From NCBI GenBank assembly GCA_948579355.1, contig CAPAOV010000003.1, forward strand, positions 72,693 to 136,692: DNA of 64,000 nt. The letters are read 5' to 3'. This stretch comes from an uncultured Eubacterium sp. (GTDB taxonomy: Bacteria; Bacillota; Clostridia; Lachnospirales; Lachnospiraceae). The translations under genes were made by a program, and so were the position numbers. Position 1 is the first letter of the stretch. The number at the start of each line of letters is the position of its first letter. Below, piece by piece: positions 8,352 to 17,017 of this stretch. The notes below the pieces were generated by a model that was not told the DNA's origin, ran no database searches, and saw nothing but the letters and a program-made list of their open reading frames with translations.

Positions 8352-8971
8352 AAAAAGGAATTATTGTTTATCAGTCTAAATATGGTGCTACAAAAAAATA
8401 TGCTGAATGGCTTCAAGATATGACAAATTTTTATTGTGTAGGAATATCGAAAGTGACAGTAGATGAAGTGATGCCATACAAAACAGTCATATTTTGCGGC
8501 GGTATATATGCTTCTAGAATTGCAGGATTACCGTTTTTGAAAAAGAACATTGACAAATTGAAAAATAAAAAAGTGGCGGTATTGTGTGTAGGAGCTTCTC
8601 CCTATGATGAAAGTGCATTTGCAGAAATTAGGGCACATAATTTAACAGGCGATTTAAAAAATATTTCACTTTTTTATGGAAGGGGTGCATGGAATGAGAG
8701 CAAAATGAATTTTGTGGATAGAACTTTGCGAAAAATGTTGCTAAAATCTGTTGCTAAAAAAGATCCCAGTACATATGAACCGTGGATGAAAGCTCTTATG
8801 AATGCGAGAGGACAAAATTGTGATTGGACAGATAGGAAATATTTGGCCCCACTACTAGATTATCTGCAAAAACGAACATGGAAACGCGGTGATAATTTGA
8901 ATAAACCAGAATGGATTTTATGGATTCCCTGCAGTTCCTTAAACGAGTGTGTGAAGAAAAGGACCTGTTGA
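8345..8971 (+). CDS. Flavodoxin-domain protein. No canonical start for the full domain, and the 3' end runs into the rbr-derived repeat.
   Basis: The frame is open from 8333 and reads ...IIEKGIIVYQSKYGATKKYAEW (flavodoxin beta1 plus phosphate loop) upstream of the first ATG (8420). Only ATT/ATA codons are available as starts. The last 15 codons are read from the repeat and MITE sequence. Confidence 0.6.
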   Translation: MIEKGIIVYQSKYGATKKYAEWLQDMTNFYCVGISKVTVDEVMPYKTVIFCGGIYASRIAGLPFLKKNIDKLKNKKVAVLCVGASPYDESAFAEIRAHNLTGDLKNISLFYGRGAWNESKMNFVDRTLRKMLLKSVAKKDPSTYEPWMKALMNARGQNCDWTDRKYLAPLLDYLQKRTWKRGDNLNKPEWILWIPCSSLNECVKKRTC

Positions 8972-9074
8972 CAAATGAAAGAAAAATGATCTCTCATATG
9001 GTATAATTATTATATTAATTGCGGGAGGTCATTTTTTCTTTCATTTGTCAACAGGTCCAAAGTTTCACAGACTC
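8945..9074. mobile_element. 130-bp MITE-like element with about 45-bp imperfect terminal inverted repeats and an 8-bp target-site duplication
   Basis: CCTTAAAC occurs at 8937-8944 and 9075-9082 but only once (877-884) in repeat copy A. TIR core GGACCTGTTGACAAATGAAAGAAAAA (8961-8986) is perfectly inverted at 9033-9058. Both outer ends begin GAGT(G/C)TGTGAA. No ORF. Confidence 0.8.
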
Positions 9075-9082
9075 CCTTAAAC

Positions 9083-9270
9083 CAAAGTTTTGCGTGTTCC
9101 TTTTCGTTGTCAGCCGTCTTCAGAAACAGGGAAGCGATTTGCTCATATCCCTCTTATTTTGCCACAGAGGCAAAATAAGCATACTTATTCCTCGCCTGTG
9201 ATTCCCCTGCAAATGCAGCTTGCAGATTTTTCTCTGTCTTTGTTCCGGCATATTGATTTGATTTTGCCAT
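9083..9270 (-). pseudogene. Rubrerythrin 5' fragment with a premature stop
   Basis: Same start, RBS and promoter as rbr. The AAA-to-TAA change at 9154-9156 ends the frame after ...FASVAK. The gene body downstream of codon about 65 is absent. Confidence 0.85.
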
Positions 9271-9366
9271 CGTTCTCTCTCCTTTCGCATGAAACATTTT
9301 AAATTTTATTCTGCAAATTTCATCCCTAATTCTTTTATCTCAGGTATGAAATCAATCTCCAGTTAT

Positions 9367-10956
9367 TTATAAACGCCCCAAAAGTCCCTGAAATCCCTCC
9401 TCCTCATAAATCCTGCGATAATACTCTACCTCATTTTTAATCAGACTATCAATAACCTGCATACCAAGCAATTCTACCGGCGCTTTATCATCCGTCATAA
9501 TATGGCTGCCGGCCTCGTAAGGCGACATATCCCGACGGATAGTCCGCATCAGTTCTTTCCATTCTCCCTCCGATTCATCTGCAATCCCCTGCTCAAACCG
9601 CCTCATTGCTTCTTGCGAATCAAAAGCGTACAACGCACGATTTGTATAGTTTGGAACATCTATCGTATAAACGTTTTCAAATACCGCACCTATTGTATCT
9701 GACAGATATTCATTGATACTCCCCTTGCTTTCGCCCCGCATATTCAGATTGACAGCCATCACTCCGTCCTTTTTTAAATGAGACTTTACGAGGCGAAAAA
9801 ATTCCACCGATGACATTTGAAACGGAATCGTAATATCCTGAAAAGCATCTACGAGAATAACATCATACGTTTTGTCTATGGCATTGAGGTAAGCTCTGCC
9901 ATCGTACGTCGTAACTTTGACATCATTTGGCATTTGAAAATAATCCTTTGCCAGCGCCGTAATCTTCTCGTCAATTTCCACTCCCTCGACCTGAGAGCGG
10001 GGAAAGAACTTTCTGCACTGGGCGGCAAAAGTTCCCGTTCCGTTGCCAAGAACAAGTACGTCTGTTTTTTCTTTCTCTTCCGCACCCGCCAGCATAGGAG
10101 CCGCCAACATATAATCATAATACATACCCGACAAATCGGCGTCCTTTTTCAAAACCGACTGCACGCCAAACAACACATTCGTAGAGAGAATCACATTTTC
10201 TTTATCTTCTTTTACCTGTAAATAATTATACACCGATTCTCCCTCATATAGAAGATTCGTTTCCCAAAAAGCAAAGCTGTCGGAAAAGCCGCCGAAACAG
10301 CACAGAACAAACAGAATAATACCTGACACCAAACTGACGCAGCGCTTCTTTGTACTAATAAAATAAATCAGGGCAAGAAGAAGCAGGATTCCGGCAAATA
10401 CGAGAAAAGTCACTGAAGTACCAAACGCCGGTATCGTTACAAAAGTTGGCACAAAGGTTCCGATAATGCTGCCGATGGTATTGAATGCATTGAGCATTCC
10501 TACCGTCTTTCCACTATCCTCCAAACTATCAACCGTATATTTTACCAGAGAGGGCGTAACCGTTCCCAAAAGGAACAGAGGAAAGACAAAAATAATCATA
10601 CAGGCAGCAAAAGCCGCCCAAATAAGGAAATTGCTGCTGACAGAGAAAATCAGCAAGGCGGAAATTCCGAGTATGATATACTTGCCTAGTACCGGAATAG
10701 CAGCTATCCATACCGCTGCAAAAATCATGCGTCTGTACAATCTGTCCGGACTTGGATTTTTATCTGCCATCCGTCCCCCGTAAATATTGCCCAAAGCCAT
10801 GGCTATCATTATCGTTCCTATAATAATCGTCCACACAATTTGCGAAGAACTAAAGTACGGAGCCAGCAGCCGGCTGGCCCCGAGCTCTACTGCCATTACC
10901 GACATTCCGGCAAAAAATTCGGTTACATAGAGATACCATTTATTCTTTATTATCAT
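9367..10956 (-). CDS. Fused membrane (MFS-like) / spermidine-synthase-family protein
   Basis: About 220-aa polytopic N-terminus followed by a class-I methyltransferase-fold aminopropyltransferase region (VLVLGNGTGT...GVEIDEKI...DVILVDAF). Confidence 0.8.
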   Translation of the reverse strand: MIIKNKWYLYVTEFFAGMSVMAVELGASRLLAPYFSSSQIVWTIIIGTIMIAMALGNIYGGRMADKNPSPDRLYRRMIFAAVWIAAIPVLGKYIILGISALLIFSVSSNFLIWAAFAACMIIFVFPLFLLGTVTPSLVKYTVDSLEDSGKTVGMLNAFNTIGSIIGTFVPTFVTIPAFGTSVTFLVFAGILLLLALIYFISTKKRCVSLVSGIILFVLCCFGGFSDSFAFWETNLLYEGESVYNYLQVKEDKENVILSTNVLFGVQSVLKKDADLSGMYYDYMLAAPMLAGAEEKEKTDVLVLGNGTGTFAAQCRKFFPRSQVEGVEIDEKITALAKDYFQMPNDVKVTTYDGRAYLNAIDKTYDVILVDAFQDITIPFQMSSVEFFRLVKSHLKKDGVMAVNLNMRGESKGSINEYLSDTIGAVFENVYTIDVPNYTNRALYAFDSQEAMRRFEQGIADESEGEWKELMRTIRRDMSPYEAGSHIMTDDKAPVELLGMQVIDSLIKNEVEYYRRIYEEEGFQGLLGRL

Positions 10957-10985
10957 TCCATGAAAATCCTTTCCCTGACTTCAAC

Positions 10986-11501
10986 TCATTTTTTCCCATC
11001 TTCTACTTCCACACGGTATGCCGCTTCCGTCACATCATCAAACAACACCCACTCAATTGTGTCAAATGCCTGCGGATGTTCTCTTGTATATTCTTTTACC
11101 GTTCTGACTGCAATATGCGCCGCCTGTTGCAGCGGATAGGAATAGATACCGGTTGATATGGAAGGAAACGCAATGCTCTTTATCTTGTACTCTTCTGCAA
11201 GCCACAGCGAATTTCTGTAGCAGTCTGATAACAATCGCTCTTCGTTGTGACTGCCTCCCTGCCATATCGGGCCGACCGTATGAATGATATAATTGCATGG
11301 GAGACGGTATGCTTTTGTAATCTTTGCCTGCCCCGTTTTACAGCCGCCCAGCAGACGGCACTCATCCAGCAGCTCCGGCCCCGCCGCCCTATGAATCGCA
11401 CCATCGACGCCTCCGCCGCCGAGCAGGCTGTTGTTGGCGGCATTTACGATGGCTTCTACCCCATTTACTCTCGTAATATCCCCTTTTATCAGTGTTATCA
11501 T
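10986..11501 (-). CDS. Macro-domain protein (O-acetyl-ADP-ribose deacetylase type)
   Basis: [35 protein letters not shown] and the HTVGPIW motifs. Confidence 0.88.
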   Translation of the reverse strand: MITLIKGDITRVNGVEAIVNAANNSLLGGGGVDGAIHRAAGPELLDECRLLGGCKTGQAKITKAYRLPCNYIIHTVGPIWQGGSHNEERLLSDCYRNSLWLAEEYKIKSIAFPSISTGIYSYPLQQAAHIAVRTVKEYTREHPQAFDTIEWVLFDDVTEAAYRVEVEDGKK

Positions 11502-11717
11502 ATCTGCCTCCGTAACATTTTATTTTGCGGCGCTTTTACTATAATAAGTCATTCCGTTTATATATTCATAATTGTATTGTACCCTCTCTTGTGCGTCAAG
11601 TATTATATTTCTGTTGCAATTTGTGAAGACTTAGGTTATATTATCTCATACATTAAACCTGAGCGAAAAAGTTTTATATTTATGACAATACAAAACAGGA
11701 CAGAAAGGTAGATTTTA

Positions 11718-12197
11718 ATGGAAAAAGTACGTGAAAAGAAAGTTTCTGAATCAATTATTGAACATGTTATACAAATACGGCCGGAACACTTGAACGGAGG
11801 CGGTCGTCTGTTTGGCGGGCGACTGATGGAATGGATTGATGAAATCGCCGGACTCGTGGCAATCCGGCACTCGCAGTCTAATGTTATTACCGCCTCGGTC
11901 GATAATCTCAAATTTATCCGCGGCGCCTTTCAAAACGACCTCATTGTACTTATCGGCAAATTAACCTATGTCGGCCGTACTTCGATGGAAATTCGGGTTG
12001 ACACCTATGTGGAGAGTCTTGACGGCATACGGCGGCCTATCAATCGGGCCTATCTGATACTGGTAGCCGTGGATAAAAATGGAACGCCGCAGGAAGTACC
12101 GCGGTTACAAATTGAAACGGAAAGCGAACGGGCAGAATGGGAAGCCGGTAAGCGGAGAAAGGAAATGCGGGCACAGCGGGCAAAAGAGGGGTTTTAA
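11718..12197 (+). CDS. Acyl-CoA thioesterase (hotdog fold, YciA-like)
   Basis: NGGGRLFGGRLMEWIDEIAG...ASVDNLKFIRG...GRTSMEIRV pattern. Confidence 0.8.
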   Translation: MEKVREKKVSESIIEHVIQIRPEHLNGGGRLFGGRLMEWIDEIAGLVAIRHSQSNVITASVDNLKFIRGAFQNDLIVLIGKLTYVGRTSMEIRVDTYVESLDGIRRPINRAYLILVAVDKNGTPQEVPRLQIETESERAEWEAGKRRKEMRAQRAKEGF

Positions 12198-12260
12198 CAG
12201 ATTGAAAAGGTACTGCTCTAATCAAATACCAAATCAAAATCAATAGTATCATTAGTAAAT

Positions 12261-12306
12261 AATAAAGAAGAGTTTGACAAATTGGAACAGCAACCTCTTC
12301 TTTATT
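12261..12306 (+). terminator. Candidate terminator after the thioesterase
   Basis: AATAAAGAAGAG (12261-12272) pairs with CTCTTCTTTATT (12295-12306). A T-rich tract follows a few nt later. The loop is long. Confidence 0.4.
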
Positions 12307-12494
12307 GAAAACATTATTTTTTCAATCCACAGGTTTAACCCTGACAAACCAATCATATCATATCATTAAAAATAGTTCAATAAAGTTTAGTTAGGTAAAA
12401 CCTTTGAATAATATAAAGTATACACCTCTAAATATTACGCATAATTCCCTCCATGTCCAACATTTGGGTGTAATTCCTAATAAGTCGGGCCTGT

Positions 12495-12590
12495 TTATTT
12501 TTTCTTGTTATTCCTATCTATATAAGCAAACAGTGCAACAAGAAATGTTCCGAAAAGAATTAATAATGTCAAAACTTCGTATGTACTCAT
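12495..12590 (-). CDS. Small hydrophobic peptide (31 aa) resembling holin-like / type-I toxin peptides of Firmicutes
   Basis: Not in the ORF track. GGAGGTG lies 8 nt before the ATG. Sequence MSTYEVLTLLILFGTFLVALFAYIDRNNKKK: one TM helix plus a Lys-rich tail, in an otherwise non-coding AT-rich gap. Confidence 0.5.
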   Translation of the reverse strand: MSTYEVLTLLILFGTFLVALFAYIDRNNKKK

Positions 12591-12969
12591 AAACACCACC
12601 TCCATTCTTTGTTAAATTAGGCCAATGCCACCTTGTAGCACAATTCTTCTTAATGGAAATATAACATAATTTCCCAATGTTTATTAAAAACTTTATTGAA
12701 AGTAAACTTTTTTCTTAAACAAATATCCTCTTGAGTTCAATCCGATTACATCTGAATACAATAAGACAAAGTACTTACCAGAACCCAAAAGGACTTTCTA
12801 CAGAAAAATCTTAAAATCGTTGGCACATTACCATTAGCCGGCAAATATGCCAACGATTTCTTAATGTCTTGTCTGTAATTTGCATGACAGAAGTCTTGTC
12901 TTAAAAGAAAGGTTATCCGTTAATTATATGTAACATTTTCTCTTCACATGACCATAGCCATTACAAATC

Positions 12970-13869
12970 CTACTCCTCACAAATTTCTTCCCATTCCACG
13001 CACGTTTTCTTACCGATACTATGATAATATACAAGCAATACAACGATTACGGCAATGGCAGGGTATTTTCTGATTTTACTTCCCCGCTTTGCCCATGCCA
13101 CAATCCGGCTGACAAGCCTTTTCTTTGTCTCTTCCGTCATACCCCTCTTACGGTCTGAAAAATACAGGAGCAGCCAAGTGAAGCCTGCAATCATGGAAAG
13201 CGTGGCATAAAATTCTATCGGTGCACTATCTCCGGTCTCCGGCCCGCTGCCATTTGAGGAACCTGACCCTGAGCGGCCTCTGGAACTGCTATCAGCGCTG
13301 TCATCACTGCTGTCACTATCGTCGTCATCATCGGTATCATCGCTGCTGTCATCCTCGTTATCGTTGATATCATTCTTATTATCGTCAGGATTGTCTTTAT
13401 TATCATTGACGCCATTTTGATTATTATTGGTGTTATCCTGATTATCATTCTTATTGTTGACGTCCTGATTATCTTTGTTGTCGTTTCCGTTATTGTCACC
13501 GCTGCCACCGTTTGACACATCTTTGTAGACGATTGCATAGGTGGCGAAGCGGTCTGTCTCTATCGTAATAGTATCAGCGTTGTCGTCCACATCATTCAGA
13601 AGTTCCGCCTTGCCATCATGTATCCGCAGAACGGCAAATGTCCTCGTCTTTTTGCTGTCCGTGTTTTTCAGGCTGTCCGGCACGGCAAGCGCGAGCGCAA
13701 TTTTTTCTTTTGTTTCGGATATGGCGCTGCGGTTCTCCCCGATAACCTTAAAGAGGCTGATATCAAGGTACTGCGAGATGGCAAATCCCTTTGCCGCACC
13801 GTCGCCGCTCAATGCCGCCTCTGCGAGAGCTTTGTCGCCGCTGCTGGCAGTGTCCGACACATCTTTCAC
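12970..13869 (-). CDS. C-terminal part of the LRR surface protein: repeat module, D/N-rich spacer, PETG sorting-signal-like motif, two hydrophobic segments
   Basis: The frame is open upstream of the listed GTG and overlaps the end of ORF 13883-17017 (...GTDIKIVLDVKDVSDTASSGDKAL). SGPETGD is followed by a TM helix and DRKRG. Confidence 0.75.
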   Translation of the reverse strand: MKDVSDTASSGDKALAEAALSGDGAAKGFAISQYLDISLFKVIGENRSAISETKEKIALALAVPDSLKNTDSKKTRTFAVLRIHDGKAELLNDVDDNADTITIETDRFATYAIVYKDVSNGGSGDNNGNDNKDNQDVNNKNDNQDNTNNNQNGVNDNKDNPDDNKNDINDNEDDSSDDTDDDDDSDSSDDSADSSSRGRSGSGSSNGSGPETGDSAPIEFYATLSMIAGFTWLLLYFSDRKRGMTEETKKRLVSRIVAWAKRGSKIRKYPAIAVIVVLLVYYHSIGKKTCVEWEEICEE

Positions 13870-13882
13870 ATCAAGAACTATT

Positions 13883-16800
13883 TTAATATCCGTTCCCTTT
13901 CGACAACTGCTCCTTTTCTTCCGGTGTCAGAACAATGTCCGACATCTTTTCCGCAGGCGTGGCAATCTTCGTGTCAGGCGCTTTGTCATCTTTCTGCACG
14001 CCCTGTTCAATTTTCCCGATATCCGGCTTGTCACCGCCTCCGGTGGCCGGAATAGTCTCCTTTTCTTCGAACTCACACGTTTGGCAGGCTCTGTGCTTCT
14101 CTCCCGCCTCGCTTTCCGTCGCCTCTTTATCTGTTATCCATGTGCCAAAATCATGGGCTGACTCGTCCGACTTCTCCCCACAGGCACATTCATGCCAGTG
14201 CGCTGTTTCGTTATGTTCCCACTTCTCTCCAAAATCGTGCGTATGCATAGTTACTGTTACCGTAGTAATATTTCCCGCTTTATCCGTGGCAACAATGGTC
14301 TGCTCTCCGGAGTTCGCTTTTAGTATAAATGCACTGTCGCGTAGCACAACTTCCGTACCATTTACCGTTACGCTTTTCAGGTTTGCTTCGTGTACATATA
14401 CAACCTTTGATGAAGTGTAGGTCGCCCCATCCGTCACACCGATGATTACCGGCGCCGTTCCATCAAACACCAATCCGTCCGAAGAAAGATATGTCACATT
14501 GCCCGCCTTGTCAGTTATCTTTGCATAAATCACACATCTTCTGTCCGGATTTATGGAAAACGAATCTCCTTCTGTCCAGTCATCCCCACCGAGCGCCTTT
14601 ACATCCGCTTCCGTCAGGTTATAGCCGGAAATATGGTAATAAATCTTATCTACGCCGGAGCCTCTATCCTCCGCCTCAATCGTCACCTGTTTCGTTTCCC
14701 TGAAAAACAGTCCGAACGTAATTGTGTTCAGGAAATCTGTCCACGAGTTATCATCAATTCTAATCGTTCCCGCAGGCGGCGTGGTATCGCCTAATACCTC
14801 GCCATAACTTCCGCCGCACACAGAACAAACCGCTTTTTCCGTATATGTAGGCGTACCTCCGGAGCAGTCTCCGTCTTCCGTATGGGCGCCGTCATTTGCA
14901 CAAGTGCGGGTATGGGTTCCGTCTCCGTTGGATTTCCATGCGCCGTAATCATGACCCGTCGCATCATCCCCCTCGGGTATCTCTGTAATCTCATTGTTTC
15001 CCATAGAATCTGAGAACATTTGATTACAGCCATCCTCGCCCTCACACTTCCAGTAGGCACCTGTACCCGCCTCTGTACATGTGGCGGGAACGGCTTTATG
15101 TTCTTTCAGCGTGTGGGTGTGTTTCCTGATAAGCTGCACTTCATTGTCAGGGCCGTTCACAACGTCAAAATCAGGGTCATCGCTTGTAAAATAACGGCTG
15201 TAATCTTTATTGTTAGCATCTGTAATACTGATTAGACTTTCTTCAGAATATAATCTTATGCTAATCTTTGCCGCACCGGAAAGTGGATTCGCACTGTCAA
15301 TCAATATCTTTTTATTTGGAGTGTTAATAAGCAGATTCGCCGGTTCTTCCGACATATTCGTGTTTTCCGCTATAACTGCGCTTCCTCCTACAATTAAATC
15401 TTTCTTTCTACTGGTCCCTACGGCTCCTCCGTTCACTGTTATACTTAAATTTCCACTAATCTCGCCGCCGTACATACTAAAAACATTTTCATTATATACA
15501 CCACTGTAACTCCCTCTGTTTCCTGTAATTTTCCCGCCGTACATAGTAAATATGCCTTGATTCTGTATAGCACCATTTGTTCCGCCGGTAATCTTCCCAT
15601 TTCCCTTACAGTCGTGCAGGTTCAACGTCCAACCATTTACAACATGAATTACTTCACGAACTATATTCTCAGACGTCACCAGCCTGATAGTCTTTCCGTT
15701 CAGACAGAGATGTATCTCACCGTCACCATAGAATGGCTCCCAGCTTTCAGAGAGCGTCACATCCTCCGTCAGATAATAATTTCCCTCTGTCGTCGGCAGG
15801 CTGTCCGTCTTCTTCCATGCGGTACAAGTTACATCGTCGTGGGTATTTGTGTCATCCGTAATATATTTCTCCATCCCATCGAAACTATTCTGATAGTCGT
15901 GTACCGTACCCGCCGGAACATGGATGCCCTTTTTATTTCCCGTCACAAATTTACAATTTTCAAATACCGAAGCAATGTCATAAAACTGAAGCTTCAATGG
16001 ATTGCCAACAATAAACTTCACACTCGACAGATTTGCACAGTTTGCAAATGCCCCATTTTCTATGAGGTTTACATTTTCTGGTATTTCAATACTCTGCAAA
16101 CTACTACACCTTACAAACGCATAGCTGCCTATACATTGCAGGTTTTCTGGCAACTTGATACTACCCAGAGAAGAACAGCCCTCAAAGGCACTTCCGTCTA
16201 TAAATATCACGCTCCCTGATATATCAATTTCTTCCAGATTTACGCAGTCTTCAAAGGCGCTTCCGCTTATAGATGTCACACCATCTTGTATCTCTGCACT
16301 TTTTACGTCTTTATGTATATTCTTTCCATTAATATTCCAGTCTTTCATCCCCTCATGCGTTCTAATCGTCAGTTTACCGTCAGCGTCCAGCTCCCAGCCC
16401 TTACCGGAGACACGCTTCCAGCTGGCGTAAAGAACTGTCTTATCTTCAATACTAGAAGCAAAATCAAATTCTTCCCCGTCGGCAGTCAACCACTTGTCAA
16501 ACACGACCCCATCTTCCTTTGATACCGGCTCTGACGGCTGCTTCGGAGAAGTAAATCTGGCAACAATCTGGTCAGGTATACCTAAATCCGCTCCATCACT
16601 ATCCTTAAATGAAACGCTATAAAGGTTCACCTCCATTTGATATCTCCCTACAAATTTGCTTATTTGAAAACTATTACCCGTGGCAACCCCGTTCACATAT
16701 AAGAAATACTTCGTTTCCATCGGAAGAGATACCTTGTAAACATCTCCCCCCGCACCGATACATTGAGTAGAAACTCCTTCTTCATCCTGCACGGTAACGC

Positions 16801-17017
16801 TCTGTCCGCTCCATGCACTACCGTTAAAATACAAATTACAGACAAATTCACCTGTCTCTTTTGCAGCAGTTTTTACATTAAGCTCACGGACACCTTCCTG
16901 TGCCAGCGCAGTCATTGGGGCCGCACTCTGCACCATACCCACGACCAGTACTGCCGAGAGCAGTGCAGCCATCATCTTCCAAATAAGAGTTCCCCTCCGT
17001 ATTTTCATAATAACCAA
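13883..17017 (-). CDS. Large secreted surface protein with BspA-type leucine-rich repeats, beta-helix-like and Cys/His-rich modules (N-terminal part of a frameshifted gene)
   Basis: Signal peptide (MKIRRGTLIWKMMAALLSAVLVVGMVQSAAPMTALA). LRR consensus ...I.IP..V..I...AF..C..L..I... repeated. CxxC/HxxH-rich segments. Confidence 0.85.
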   Translation of the reverse strand: MVIMKIRRGTLIWKMMAALLSAVLVVGMVQSAAPMTALAQEGVRELNVKTAAKETGEFVCNLYFNGSAWSGQSVTVQDEEGVSTQCIGAGGDVYKVSLPMETKYFLYVNGVATGNSFQISKFVGRYQMEVNLYSVSFKDSDGADLGIPDQIVARFTSPKQPSEPVSKEDGVVFDKWLTADGEEFDFASSIEDKTVLYASWKRVSGKGWELDADGKLTIRTHEGMKDWNINGKNIHKDVKSAEIQDGVTSISGSAFEDCVNLEEIDISGSVIFIDGSAFEGCSSLGSIKLPENLQCIGSYAFVRCSSLQSIEIPENVNLIENGAFANCANLSSVKFIVGNPLKLQFYDIASVFENCKFVTGNKKGIHVPAGTVHDYQNSFDGMEKYITDDTNTHDDVTCTAWKKTDSLPTTEGNYYLTEDVTLSESWEPFYGDGEIHLCLNGKTIRLVTSENIVREVIHVVNGWTLNLHDCKGNGKITGGTNGAIQNQGIFTMYGGKITGNRGSYSGVYNENVFSMYGGEISGNLSITVNGGAVGTSRKKDLIVGGSAVIAENTNMSEEPANLLINTPNKKILIDSANPLSGAAKISIRLYSEESLISITDANNKDYSRYFTSDDPDFDVVNGPDNEVQLIRKHTHTLKEHKAVPATCTEAGTGAYWKCEGEDGCNQMFSDSMGNNEITEIPEGDDATGHDYGAWKSNGDGTHTRTCANDGAHTEDGDCSGGTPTYTEKAVCSVCGGSYGEVLGDTTPPAGTIRIDDNSWTDFLNTITFGLFFRETKQVTIEAEDRGSGVDKIYYHISGYNLTEADVKALGGDDWTEGDSFSINPDRRCVIYAKITDKAGNVTYLSSDGLVFDGTAPVIIGVTDGATYTSSKVVYVHEANLKSVTVNGTEVVLRDSAFILKANSGEQTIVATDKAGNITTVTVTMHTHDFGEKWEHNETAHWHECACGEKSDESAHDFGTWITDKEATESEAGEKHRACQTCEFEEKETIPATGGGDKPDIGKIEQGVQKDDKAPDTKIATPAEKMSDIVLTPEEKEQLSKGNGY

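Larger units (their letters stand above)
8923..9372. repeat. Direct repeat copy B (interrupted by the MITE)
   Basis: 8923-8944 and 9083-9372 match 863-1174. Confidence 0.9.

Noticed and set aside
1175-8922. Island as an intact prophage, ICE or integrative mobilisable element.
   Set aside because: No integrase, recombinase, relaxase, replication or phage structural gene is present. Only a TnpV stump remains, so I treat it as a decayed remnant.
8998-9006. Extended -10 box (TGGTATAAT) inside the MITE as an outward-firing promoter.
   Set aside because: No suitably spaced -35 exists (28 nt to the TTGACA in the TIR), and nothing coding lies downstream. It cannot be supported from sequence alone.
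13215-13540. Highly repetitive GAT/AAT-rich DNA that might be a tandem repeat or CRISPR-like array.
   Set aside because: It shows no constant repeat/spacer periodicity. It is in-frame coding low complexity (the D/N-rich stalk) of the surface protein. The alternative-frame ORF 13215-13538 is an artefact.
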